Positions 11,947 to 23,119 of a stretch of 64,000 nucleotides of DNA are shown here, in pieces. This DNA comes from Orbicella franksi (taxonomy: Eukaryota). The notes beneath the pieces are model-generated. The model made no database searches. It saw only the letters and a program-made list of their open reading frames with translations, and had not been told where the DNA came from. The DNA lies in assembly GCA_964199315.1 (NCBI GenBank), contig OZ116703.1, forward strand, positions 1,984,001 through 2,048,000. The letters run 5' to 3'. Position 1 is the first letter of the stretch, and each line of letters starts with the position of its first letter. The position numbers and the translations under genes are program-made.

Positions 11947-14900
11947 CTTGATCTGCAGTATTGGCACAGGCAGTGCGATAACAAGCACACCAAACAGACA
12001 ACAGGCGCTTCCAACCAGCCGACCAGCTAATGTGACTGGGATGATGTCACCATAACTACAACAAGAAGGAAAATAACTCAAAGGAAACGAAAGACTTTGA
12101 GTATTTGAAGAGTGTTTGTGTGTTGTGATGATTAATGGAAGATACGTGAGTTTGTGAAGAACAATAAACATACTCAAACACTTTTACTCATTCTCCTTCC
12201 CCTCAGAATTTATCTCGCTTATAACTCCGGTCTTAATATGAAGCTAAGCATAACTACCCACCCGGCCCCCTCAGCCCTCGGATGGGATACTAGCCTTTTG
12301 AGGGCCGTCCCTAGCAACACTGATAGTCAGTTTCCCAACAATTTATGCCTTGGCGAAGAGGGACACTGTGAGAGAAAAGTATTTAGTCCGAGCAAAGAAA
12401 CCAATACATATATACAATGACCGTAGTAAGGCTAGGACTCAGACCTGAAATCGCCACGCGTCCAATCTCGTCCCCAGAACTCGCGCGTTTTCAATCACGC
12501 ATTTCAAGTGTCTCGTAACGCAAAGTTTGGTTTACTATTAGAAAAAATGAACACTGGCTGAGCCTTCTTTTAAAGAAAATATCTAGATCACGTCTGCTCC
12601 CTGGCGAGTCCATCATGGAGACGAAACACTTCTTGAAAGAGAAAACTCGAGCACGTATGCTCAACTCCTGGGTGTGAGACGCTCATATAAGAAGGACGCG
12701 ATTCTCGTCGTACCTTTCACGGGTTAAAAACGCAGTTTGGGTAACTCGCAGGTTGTTCAGCCCCAATAGGGCTACAGCGAGAGCTCTTGAGGCACTTTTT
12801 GAGGTATTGAGCCGAAAACAATATGACAGAAGATAATGCGTTGTTTTAGAATTGCTATCTCTTAGGGGTGGAAAACATTTCAAGCCACGCCCACAAAACA
12901 GGATCTTGGTGCTTCTTATGATCGAGTTGATTCCAAAATTTCCGACGAGCAACCCGCTCTTTTTATATGGGGTTTTTCCCCTTCCCTTCCCCCGGGGCGG
13001 GGCTCAATTTGTGAATTCTGCTCCTTCCCCCCACCCCAACCCCTGGAATCTAGTATCGTACTTACCCAGCGGTAGTTGATGTTATCACCGCATACCACAT
13101 GGCTTCCGGGATGCTGGAAAACTGCGTGTCCTCCGACAACTCGGCAAAGTAAATAATACTTGAAACTAAAATGACCATAACTAAATAAAGGAATCCTATG
13201 AGTCCAAGCTCTGTGGCGGAGTCTTTCATGCTCTGGATAAGAGTCTTTAGTCTCTTGGAATGACGGAGAAGTTTGAAAATGCGAAGTATTCGTAATACTC
13301 GTAACACTACCAAAGCGTTCATGCCAAGACGTGCGTCAAGCGACAGAGAGCTCAGTAACAAATCGATGTAGTAAGGCAGTATTGCGAGCAGATCTATGAT
13401 GCTCATTCTGTTGATGATAAATCTTAGACGGTTTGGGCACGTTACCAAACGTGCCAGGTATTCGAACGTGAAAACACCGACGCAGACCGTGTCAATGTAG
13501 AAATATGTCTCCTCGTTTTCTTCTTTGCAAATTCTAATCACTCCTTTACATGCAATGGTCTCTGTCGTGTTCGCCACAACGCTGACCACGATCATGAGGA
13601 CGCTTAGCAAGTAAAAGATTTTGGCAAGTCGAGAAAAAGATGGCTCCTTCAGTGTCATCCAAGCCTTTTCTCTGAAGGACGCGTTTGGATCAAGAACATG
13701 CACAGCGTCTGCAGCCTCCCTCTCTCTAGCTTCACGTTCTTCGCGCCGTTTTGTTAACCGTTCATGTGCCACTTGAAACGTGTCGCACCAACAGCACTCG
13801 CAAAGCATGCTGATGTCTAAGCCGAAAAAATCCACTTCGTCCAAAAAAGACTGGACGCAGTCCTCTCGCGGACAATGCAGTTGTCCGGAGTGATAAAAGT
13901 TCCAAATATAGCGAAAACTGTCCGGATCGCGATCAAAAAAGAACTCGTTCTTTGTCTCGTCGTAAAACAGACTTCTTGCTTTACCTCCTAATAGAGTATT
14001 TGGGTGAATTGAAAGAAAGTAATCTCGGATTTGGAAGCGTCTTCCGCTAACGTTCAGGGTCACAATTTTGTCGTCGTCGGGGAAATCGATATGTCTTCGT
14101 CTTTTGCGAGACGAGCGCGAATTCGCGCTATGCACACTATGTTTAGAGATGCTGTGAAACTTGGAGAGCAATCTTGATGGATTTATTAACGAGAGAAAAC
14201 TTTTCGTGAAGGAGCTTCGGCTCCTAGTACCTGATGAGTCTGCGAAGGCAGAAGATGTAGAGCTGTTTATGCTTGACGAAGCCTGTGGAAATTTCTGACG
14301 GAAAGTCGACTGTTTAGTTTTTTGGCAGGAGGATTTTGAAGAACGCGTCCGTATCAAAGATATTGCGCTCCCTTCCGAAGATTGGTTGGAACCTGAATAA
14401 CGAGCCATATCGGGATGAAGAAATGTGGACGAAGAGTTCTTTAACCTTGTCCTTTCGGACGTTTTCAACCGTGCACTTGACTCTTCAACTTTCGCCGGGG
14501 ACAACCCATCTCCTGCAGGGGCAAGGTATCTTTGGCTTCGCCTCCAATCCTTTGGAAGAGGCAGGGTCTCCTTGATTCTTAAATCGGGTGTCGAATGCTG
14601 TTTGCAGCCGGCCTCGTAAGTTGGAAATAGAAAGGTTTGCCTGTTATTGAGAGCAGAAGTTAAAGCTGGTGTTGCTGCAGTTGATGATGGCTCCAGAGGA
14701 AAGTCACTTTCACTCGCATTGTTTTTGTGGCTATAGTATTCGTAAGGTAAAACGGACTCGTTTAGGCTCGTGTTTTTGTCATCATTTGTTCCCCGAAGGT
14801 TATGGTTTGAAAATCTCGAAGAGGAACATTCCGAGCTTGGTGTCGATAGAGGCGTGTAATTTGAACGCATTAAACAGCAAAGCTGTTTGGGAGGATTTTT

Positions 14901-15596
14901 GTAACAACCCGATCTATTGCGATGTAAATCTGGTGTTGAACAGGCGACTGGCAAGCCACCTCTACCATTGTTCAACTCTGTCGTTGGTTTATCTTCTTCT
15001 GGATAGTTCAAAGAAGCCGTTGAGTCTCGAACTGAACCCGCCAGAAGACCATGACCGTTGAAAGAGCAGGGAAAATTCCAATCTTCATGCTTTTCACAAG
15101 TATCTTCTTGATTACAATGATTATTGACAATCCCTTCATTTCGAGGGGACGTGGTATCACCTTGAGGGCTTCCATTGAAAGCATCGTCACTAAGTGAGTA
15201 TTCAGAACTATACGGAGAACACGGAAGAGAAAGCGATAGTTTTCTTTTCCTGGGACGACCACCAGCCGATTGTTTTTCTTCCGGTTCAAGAGTAGAGGAA
15301 GATCTGTTTCTTGAAGCATTTGAAAGCGTAGGTGACTCAAGGAATTCGCGGGAACTTCCACTTCGCAGACTTTGTTCAGACCTGCTTGTCCGCACGCAAG
15401 GCGACAACAACACAGCTGGCAATTCAAGATTGTTTTTGCTTAAGAAATTTCTGCTTCGCTCAAAGCCTTGTCCTTCACTGTCTTCCAAAACTGCGATTAA
15501 AGGCGAGAACAGTGTGCGTGGAATCTCTTCTGAAATCTGCTCAGTGCCGGACGACGGATCCTTCAAACAGTTGTCTTCATCGAAATAGTCAGTCAT
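11947..15596 (-). CDS. KCND-like: Second Kv4/Shal-family K+ channel, probable regulatory subunit, with long Ser-rich N-terminus; >=880 aa, last exon unresolved
   Basis: Exon 15596-13066 (2531 nt; donor GG|GTAAG) and exon 12055-11947 (TGTAG|T TAT GGT GAC ... AAG|GTTAGT). T1 domain (IVTLNVSGRRFQI...FDRDPDSFRYI) has HX5CX20CC. S4 is LRVLRILRIFKLLRHS, pore TSTTAG|YGD, S6 IALPVPILQIK. Confidence 0.9.
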
Positions 15597-17033
15597 GGTG
15601 AAAGCGTTATCCCAGTTGGAGACGCTTCAGAACTATCTTCCAATGCCAGCACAAAACCATTTCTAAGATAACGCTAGAAAAAAAACCACAGTTATTGTTT
15701 GAATCGAAAACGAATCGTCTTGGCAGAATACCGATTCAGTCTCCTCGGCGATGTCACAGACCGTGAGTTTCGACAGGTTTCGCACAAACGAAAATGTTGT
15801 CCTGTGTACGGGGCGGTTGTTCGTCGATTCTCACACTTGAAGCCGTGTACTTTCTGTTGAAGTTTCCAAACACAAACAGCAGTAGTTCACTCACTATTTC
15901 AGTCACTATTCTTTCGTGATAGTCACAACTATTTTTGTGACGTGTCGAGACATTGTTGTGAAGCCAGAAAAACATCAAGTCCCACACCACGCTTGCTTCT
16001 CTGGTAAAATGCTGTACTACAGTTTCGTAGATTCCCGTAACTTGGTCAATAGGAACAAATATTTCGTCTGTGTTAAAATTATTTTGAGATAATTGACGTT
16101 TTAAATAAAGAAAATCTTCTTATCTCTGCCCTCTCTTAAGGATTCCACGCAAGGAGAGATCTAATTTTCCGCTGAAGATCAAGAAATGTTACCGATTTAT
16201 TAAATTACGAATTTGAAGCCATTAAAAAAACATTATTTTTCGCGCCTTCGGAAAGAAAAAAAATAAAGTAAGAAAATAACAAAGATGGAAATGTTAGCAC
16301 TCGAAGACAGCGTTAATTTCACGACGAATTTGGCTTTGAATTGTACCAGCGTAATTAGTATCCTAGCGGAAAACATTGTTGGTAGTCACACTTCTCAGTG
16401 GGCTATCGGCATTAAATAAAAACAATTTTGAACTCACAAGAACAATATTCCAGCGAAAACAGAGATAGCAAATAACGAATGAGAAGCAGAGGTGCTTTAA
16501 ATTTTAATAAGCCTTGTTTCAGATGTTGAATCTATTTGTTTCTTACTGTGTTTGAACTGTATCAAGCTTCGCGTAAATAGAGCAAAATGTGTTCCTACAA
16601 AATTTGCCGTTATTCCGAAGTATAATAAAAATCTCAAATACTCTAATTACAAATGTTTTATGACCTGAGATTTTACCACAATTTCTATCAAAACATCTTA
16701 ATTAACGCACCAATTTTCCCCAGTAAAATTAAACTGACAGAAGACAATAAAGTTTGCTTCGTGTCAAGTTTGTGCGTAAGCAACAAAGATAGATGAACGG
16801 TTGATATGGCTGCAGTTTGGATTAAAAATTCTTAAACAATTGAACAGTCTATTTTATTTATTCAGTGAGGAAATGTCGAATATGATAATGATTTCTTCTT
16901 AAAGTTTGCCGAAGTATTCTGTTCACAGGGAAAATGATATGTGGAAGTGAAGACGAAACTACTGAGTAAGTTTTCTCGTTTTCGCCTTGCCTATCTTTCG
17001 ATGTTATGTACACTAATTTTGTTTTAATAACAC

Positions 17034-17096
17034 AGTGAGTGAGTGAGTGAGTGAGTGAGTGAGTGAGTGAGTGAGTGAGTGAGTGAATGAGTGAGT
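17034..17096. repeat. (GAGT)n microsatellite
   Basis: About 15 nearly perfect GAGT units. Confidence 0.95.
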
Positions 17097-18125
17097 GGTA
17101 TAACGACATTTTTCTGTTTCTTTGGAAGAAAGTACCGCAAATATAGATACCTAAATATGTAAGCACTTCATTTTTTATTGGAATTAGTTGTCAAATATTA
17201 ACATAACAGTCTGCAAATTTTGTTTTATTTCCACATTTGATTTCTGGAATAATCACTAGTGAAAAAAATATATAATGTTTTACTGCAGTTTTACAACTCC
17301 GACATAACAATCACACGTTTGTTATTACAAAAAGCTGGTGACAGATTGTCTGGAGAGATCTGGAATGGTTCTTAAAATATAAACAAATCTCGAACAATCC
17401 ATCAATCCAGCTGAAATAACAACCTGCTTAAATGAACGCCAAACTGATTCCAATCCTAGATGCCCGCATTTGGACGTATTTCAATAATTCTAACCTTCCC
17501 TAGGCTCAGGGTCAAGGTCTTACTGCAGTTCTAGAAACAGCCTTTGACGTCATTATATTGTGCTATGACGTAATCATTTGAGTTATCAACCTCTGAAAAC
17601 ACCCCGAAAAAATGTTGTTTGAACTTGTTAGATTCTTTTTAGCTAGGCAAACAAAGATATCATCAATGCCTCCAGTTGTTAATGTCGATTGATTTCTTTG
17701 GCAAAATCCACAGGACTTCCAGCTAAGTAATCCAGCTAGTATTAAAAATAAGACTAAATTCTGCTTTCTCCAGCACAAAGACCTTGTTCCTTCTTATGTT
17801 TTTCTTAAGTCTGACAAAACTGAATAACAAAACATATAAATATAGGACTAAAACCTTAAGAATGTTGGATCTGACCTAAAAATGCTAGAAAACGCATGAT
17901 GTAAAAGTAAGCTAAATTTTCGGCAACGTTCTGTTTGCCTTCGTAAGAGTAAAATGATTAGATGGATAATTAAAAAGAGAGGTTAAGACATGCTTTGATC
18001 CCTAAGGAGGACAATAAAAGGCAAATAGGCCTTACGGAGAGGCTTGCGCTCATTTACAGCATTAGTATTCAGCGTAGAATGCCACGTTTTAGTATTTCTA
18101 CGTAACTGGGTTGGATATCATGTCC

Positions 18126-18264
18126 NNNNNNNNNNNNNNNNNNNNNNNNNNNNNNNNNNNNNNNNNNNNNNNNNNNNNNNNNNNNNNNNNNNNNNNNNNN
18201 NNNNNNNNNNNNNNNNNNNNNNNNNNNNNNNNNNNNNNNNNNNNNNNNNNNNNNNNNNNNNNNN
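18126..18264. other. Assembly gap (139 N)
   Basis: Run of N. Confidence 1.
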
Positions 18265-18360
18265 GAACGATATGACTTTTTTCGCGGAACGACCTTACAA
18301 GATACTTCAGTAGAAGAGACCTAGAAAATGGCTCACCACTGTTCAGCATTTCTCAGTAAA

Positions 18361-18645
18361 AAGCCACGGCCAAACGATCGCAACATTTCAACGCAACCTG
18401 TCGCATGTAATGTTGGGCGCAACATGTTGCGCGCCGTGGCCATCCCGTCGTTCTTCTCTTTTTTTCAAGTCAAGCTAGTGCGCATGCCCTGGCGCAACAT
18501 TGTTGCACGAATCCAAACGAGTACGAAATCGTGCAACTTTCACCATGTTGAATGAAAAATTTGACCATTTTCAAACTTGGACCAACAACACCCAACATGT
18601 TGCGATATGTTGTGTTGAAATGCTGCGATCGTTTGGCCTAGGCTT
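18361..18645. repeat. MITE with terminal inverted repeats
   Basis: AAGCCACGGCCAAACGATCGCAACAT ... ATGCTGCGATCGTTTGGCCTAGGCTT, with internal CAACATGTTG palindromes. Confidence 0.65.
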
Positions 18646-20203
18646 GAAAATGGTCAAATTTGGGCTAACAACACCCAACATGTCGCAAAGAGTGGTCAAA
18701 CGCGCCAATGTTGTGATCGTTTGTGATTGTCTTTATATTTTGCTTTGTCACGGGAAAAGACAGAAAGTTTTGAACGTGAGAACTCGTTAAAACTGTTGGG
18801 CCATGTTGTTCATCATCGTGCCGGGGTGGGCAGGCGTGAAAAAAGCGAGTGCCTGAGAGCCCCGACATGATCGAGTGTATATAACCTTTAGAGAAAATAG
18901 AAACAAACAACATTAAAAAATTGATTATTTTCAATCATTTTAATTTTTTTACAAAGAGGAGTATTGACAAGACAGGCTAACAAAGGATCGAAATGGCTGG
19001 CTCTGTGTGGCGTTATAAACATTCCCGCGGTTTCATTCCCAGGCTCTTTCGCGCCTTCATTCTCGGAAAGCGGGTCAATTTAATTTGCTTTTCTGCGGAA
19101 AAACAAAAACAAAACAAAAAAAAAACCCTAAGCGTGAGAAAGTGGACCGCATGTGTGACCCGCCATGAGATTGAAGTTTAAATCGATCTGCTGAAGTGAG
19201 ACGACAATGCTGTGGAAAAAGCTAAGCAGGTAAGCTTATCGTAAGCGTAAATTGTGCTAGGACGCCCGAAATCCAGACAAATTAGTCATGCCACTTGGCT
19301 GAACTTTTATTCATATGTTTCCGTACAACCGCTTGCATAGTTGTAATATTGTCACACAAGATTCTGAAAAAATATTGATCAGAAGTAATGGGAGTAATGA
19401 ATGATAATCACAATAGAGAGAAAAACTACCAGTACAGTATGAGAATCGCACTGTTTCCATTATTGTAAAATTATACTCATTACATTGGACCATTCACAAG
19501 CTATTGTGTATGATAAATGTTACCATAGAAATTGTACTACCGTTGACAGAATTCGTCAATTTATAAATGTTTTCATTTGATCAGCACCCCAGAACTTGTT
19601 TTTCCTTCTATCTAAGATGAATACATTTTTCACACTTCAACAAGAAATCCCAGTTTATAATTATATAAAATATCTCCAAATAATTAGCAAAGATATTTAG
19701 TTTAGAAATACACACTTAGTTGTTGTTCTCCAGAGCTAAAAGAAAAGAGAACTATTTCACACAGAGTAAAATTTGCACAAAATATTAAGTCAACAAAAAT
19801 ATAGTTTGCAAGTGAGTAAATTTATATGAAACTAGTATGAAAGATCAGAGAGCAATATCTGATGTGTCTAGAATAATATCATATATTAATTTTTCTAAAA
19901 TAATTTAATACACATTGTACATTTTTTATACAGCTGTGCACTGTCACTGATATAGCTACATTTTCTTCCCTGGGAATTTCAAAAATTCATGAAAAAGACC
20001 CAAATATTTCTTTTTCATGGGTACTGACAGTCAGCTTTATCTGACAAAGAAAACTAAGAATTCAGAGTAATATAGCCTATTCCTTTGAATTGCTGCACTT
20101 GACTATTGAAAATTGTTGTAAAAGCCCAATGAGAAAATTTGTTGGCAGGTATTGAAATAGGTACTTTACAGTTGAGAATATTATTTTAATGAATAAAATC
20201 AAG

Positions 20204-22005
20204 TTAAAGTTTTGTGAAATCCATATCATACCCACTGCATTGAGCGTCAGTTTTTTTATCTTCACTCTTGTTGGCCAAGCCAAGACCTAATGACTTCCGG
20301 CAACTCTGCGGTGTACTGCACGCCTTGCTGATGCTAAATCTCTCTGGAGAAAACAGAAATCCATAATCAAACTCCCCATCCTTGAGTGGTGTGAAAAACC
20401 CACTGTCTGAGCCATGGCTCAGGGGAGTGAACCCCAGGTGACCACTACCATAATTCAGAGGTGAAACCAAAAGAGAAGCCAGAAAGCTCTGGTTGGTGCA
20501 GGCCTTGGTGGGGGTTATCATTGGTTTAACTGGTGATAGGCATGTAATGTCACTAGTATTGTTTCTATTAAACATAGGTCCTGGTGATGTCATCTCATTG
20601 GCTTGTGAATTGATGGCTGCTAAGGTAGGCTGTGGGCGTGGTCGTAGTGGAGATCGTCTGGGTTGAGGTAAATTTTGCCTCTTTTGAAAACTTGTTGTAG
20701 ATGTCTTGATCCTGTTGCCAGGCTTTGTTTTCCTTTTGTCCATTCTTGTTTTCTTGGCATGTGGAGCCAACATTTCATTTTCGATTTTGTCTTCACCCAA
20801 AGAGGGGTTATTGCAGGTTTTCCTGCTGCTAGTTGATTTACTTGTGGTGCAACCATTTGATATAAGTTCATTTTCCCTGTCTTCAATATTGCAAAGGGCT
20901 TGTTCCACTGTCACAGTCAAGGCACTGCTCTGGCTGATGTTTTGCTCTCTTTGATTTAGAGAAGATGAACATCCAGATCCCACTTCCTCCTCGGTAGAAA
21001 TTGTTCCCGCAAGGCCGCTATCACTTTCTTGTCCAAGTCCTTGAGGTCCTTGTACTTGCGGAGCTTCTGTAGCACTCTCTGCAATCGATGTTTCTGATGT
21101 CAAGGGAACATAACTTGGATTTACACCAACGGCAGCCATATTTCCTATCCCAGCTTGGGCTGCTATTTTGTTTGCCATGTTCATATAAATCTGTGTTGGT
21201 AAGATTACAACTGGTATACTACCGGGCAATCCAGAGAGGCTTCCGTCCGTTATAATTTGAACACCTCCCTTGTTCGAGAATGGGCTTGACATGGGCACAT
21301 TGTCGGCAGGTTTGGGCAGAATAGGTCGCAAGCCTTTTGTATTTGATTGATCTATGGTCACAGTTTGGTTCATGAGGGGCTGTTGATGCTTCATAACTTC
21401 TTTCATTATGTTTTCCTTCCCTTCTGGTGATATGCACCAGTAACTGCCCTTACCAGGCAGACTGGAAGGTCTGTGAGCTTTGAGGAAAAAGCTGTGGAGT
21501 GACAAGTTATGGCGAATGGAGTTCTGTAAAAGGAGAAAACAAAAACAGTGATACGTTGTAGCATTAGTATATTTTGGTCTCGTTCTTTCGAAAAACAGAA
21601 CTATCAACCCTCAGCGAGTAATCAGTATCTATTTTCTCAACTCTCTTATTTATATTATAAACACAAACAGATGTACATGTAGGACTGTTTGATTACACTT
21701 CAATCATTATATGTATGTATAGTTAATTACCTTCCATGCCTTTTTGCAATTTTTATAATAGGGGAAGTTATCTTCAATCCATTTGTATATGTCTTGTAGC
21801 GTCATACGTTTCTCTTGTGTACTGTTAATAGCAAGTAGAATAAGGGTTGCATAAGAGTAAGGGGGCTTTGGGTGTGGATTCATTGACGTTGTCTCAGAAG
21901 TTGTTGTATCATTTGACTTTTGAGTCTCCAGCAGTGGATTAGAATCCAGTTTGCACAGCCACTGCATGTTAGTCAAGCTTTCATCAAGAGAGGTACCTGG
22001 GCATC
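20204..22005 (-). CDS. FOXM1: Forkhead box M transcription factor (FoxM); first coding exon uncertain
   Basis: Exons 22005-21731 and 21523-20204. Forkhead KPPYSYATLILLAINSTQEKRMTLQDIYKWIEDNFPYY...WK|NSIRHNLSLH closely resembles FoxM1 (AINSTERKRMTLKDIYTWIEDHFPYF). Upstream LDESLTNMQWL resembles FoxM1 NSLSNIQWL, and downstream LRPILPK resembles MKPLLPR. The C-terminus is rich in S/T-P sites, including an STP Polo-box-like motif. Two phase-1-compatible start exons exist: 22937-22814 or 22588-22573. Confidence 0.85.
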
Positions 22006-22083
22006 CTATGTAATCAACAAAAAATATGATAATAACAAAAGATAAGTAACTTTATTTTTCCCAAGTTGATAATGACAGCACTC

Positions 22084-22264
22084 GTGTTCCTTTGGGCTGA
22101 TCTGAATCAGGATCAGTGATGTAAGATCACTCAGATCATGGTGCATCAAAGGACGCGATGAATCCATGACTAGAGTGGATTCATCGGTTCCTAATGCACC
22201 ATGATCTGAATGATCTTGGATCACTGATCCTGATGAGATCCAGATCACCCCCAAAGGAACGCAC
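22084..22264. repeat. Palindromic MITE (same family as 29095-29220)
   Basis: GTGTTCCTTTGGGCTGATCTG ... CCAGATCACCCCCAAAGGAACGCAC; nearly the whole element folds back on itself. Confidence 0.75.
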
Positions 22265-22917
22265 TCCTAGCCTTGCAAACCCAAATTAAATAAAAGCCAG
22301 GAAAACAGTCGTTGAGAACAATGCAAACAAAACTTGACTAGAGAAGAATAAAAGTTAAATTATACAACTGGCTGAGTTTAGAAGTTTACGAGTGGAAGAT
22401 CTCAAGTCATAGTGGAGGTATAAATCAAAACAAGAATAGTGACTTAGCTGTCTAAAAGAACGTTTACACCATGTGTTTACGTAAAGCATTGAGGCATGGC
22501 TGTAACGGTAAACCACGGCAAGCTGTTTGAACAAAAACAATAGTATAGATCCTTGCTACTATGTGTTTCTACCTGACCTGAACCCCATCAAAGACCTAAA
22601 ACTGGCTACAAAGGATCAGTCCAAAACTTTGAATACAAATTTCGAAATTGAAATGAAACAGATAACCTGGCTCATCTTGATTTAGTCACATTTGAGATGG
22701 CAGCTTATGGCCGCTCGGCGTTTTCCTTTTGCTGTAAATTTTCGACCTTTTAGATAAGCAATGACTTAAAACAAGGCAGAATTGACTCACGTTCACTTGA
22801 AGACATCATTCACCTGCAGATCTTTGTGGTTCTGTACCAGATCGCAAGAAAACTAAACGTTTTAACAAAGTGTTCGAACCAACGTGCTTCGTACACTTGA
22901 TCATGAATGCTGCACAG

Positions 22918-22952
22918 TTTGAAATTCCTGCTTCCATTGGATGTTAGCCAAT
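22918..22952. promoter_or_regulatory. Candidate G2/M promoter module: CHR-like TTTGAAA plus two CCAAT boxes between FoxM and TM7SF3
   Basis: TTTGAAA at 22918-22924, ATTGG at 22936-22940 and CCAAT at 22948-22952. The motifs are short, so support comes from their position upstream of FoxM. Confidence 0.5.
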
Positions 22953-23119
22953 CAGAAGCCAAGAAATCAGCCTCTTTTGCAGGTAGGACAAGTTCTCCCA
23001 GTGTGCCTTGCTGTCTGTAGAATAAAAACAAAATGTCGACTCGAAGGCTGTGACTGTCATATGTTCTTTTCGGTATTTGTGGATTGCCTGTTTTGTGAAG
23101 TTCTTTTAAGTTTACCTTG

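Noticed and set aside
14336-15601. Several 64-139 aa ORFs overlapping the long Kv exon
   Set aside because: They are antisense or alternate-frame shadows of the 844-codon Kv ORF with no recognisable domains.
16858-17166. 102-aa ORF with THSL repeats
   Set aside because: It is the translation of the (GAGT)n microsatellite.
18044-18349. ORFs spanning the N run
   Set aside because: They appear open only because N codons cannot be stops.
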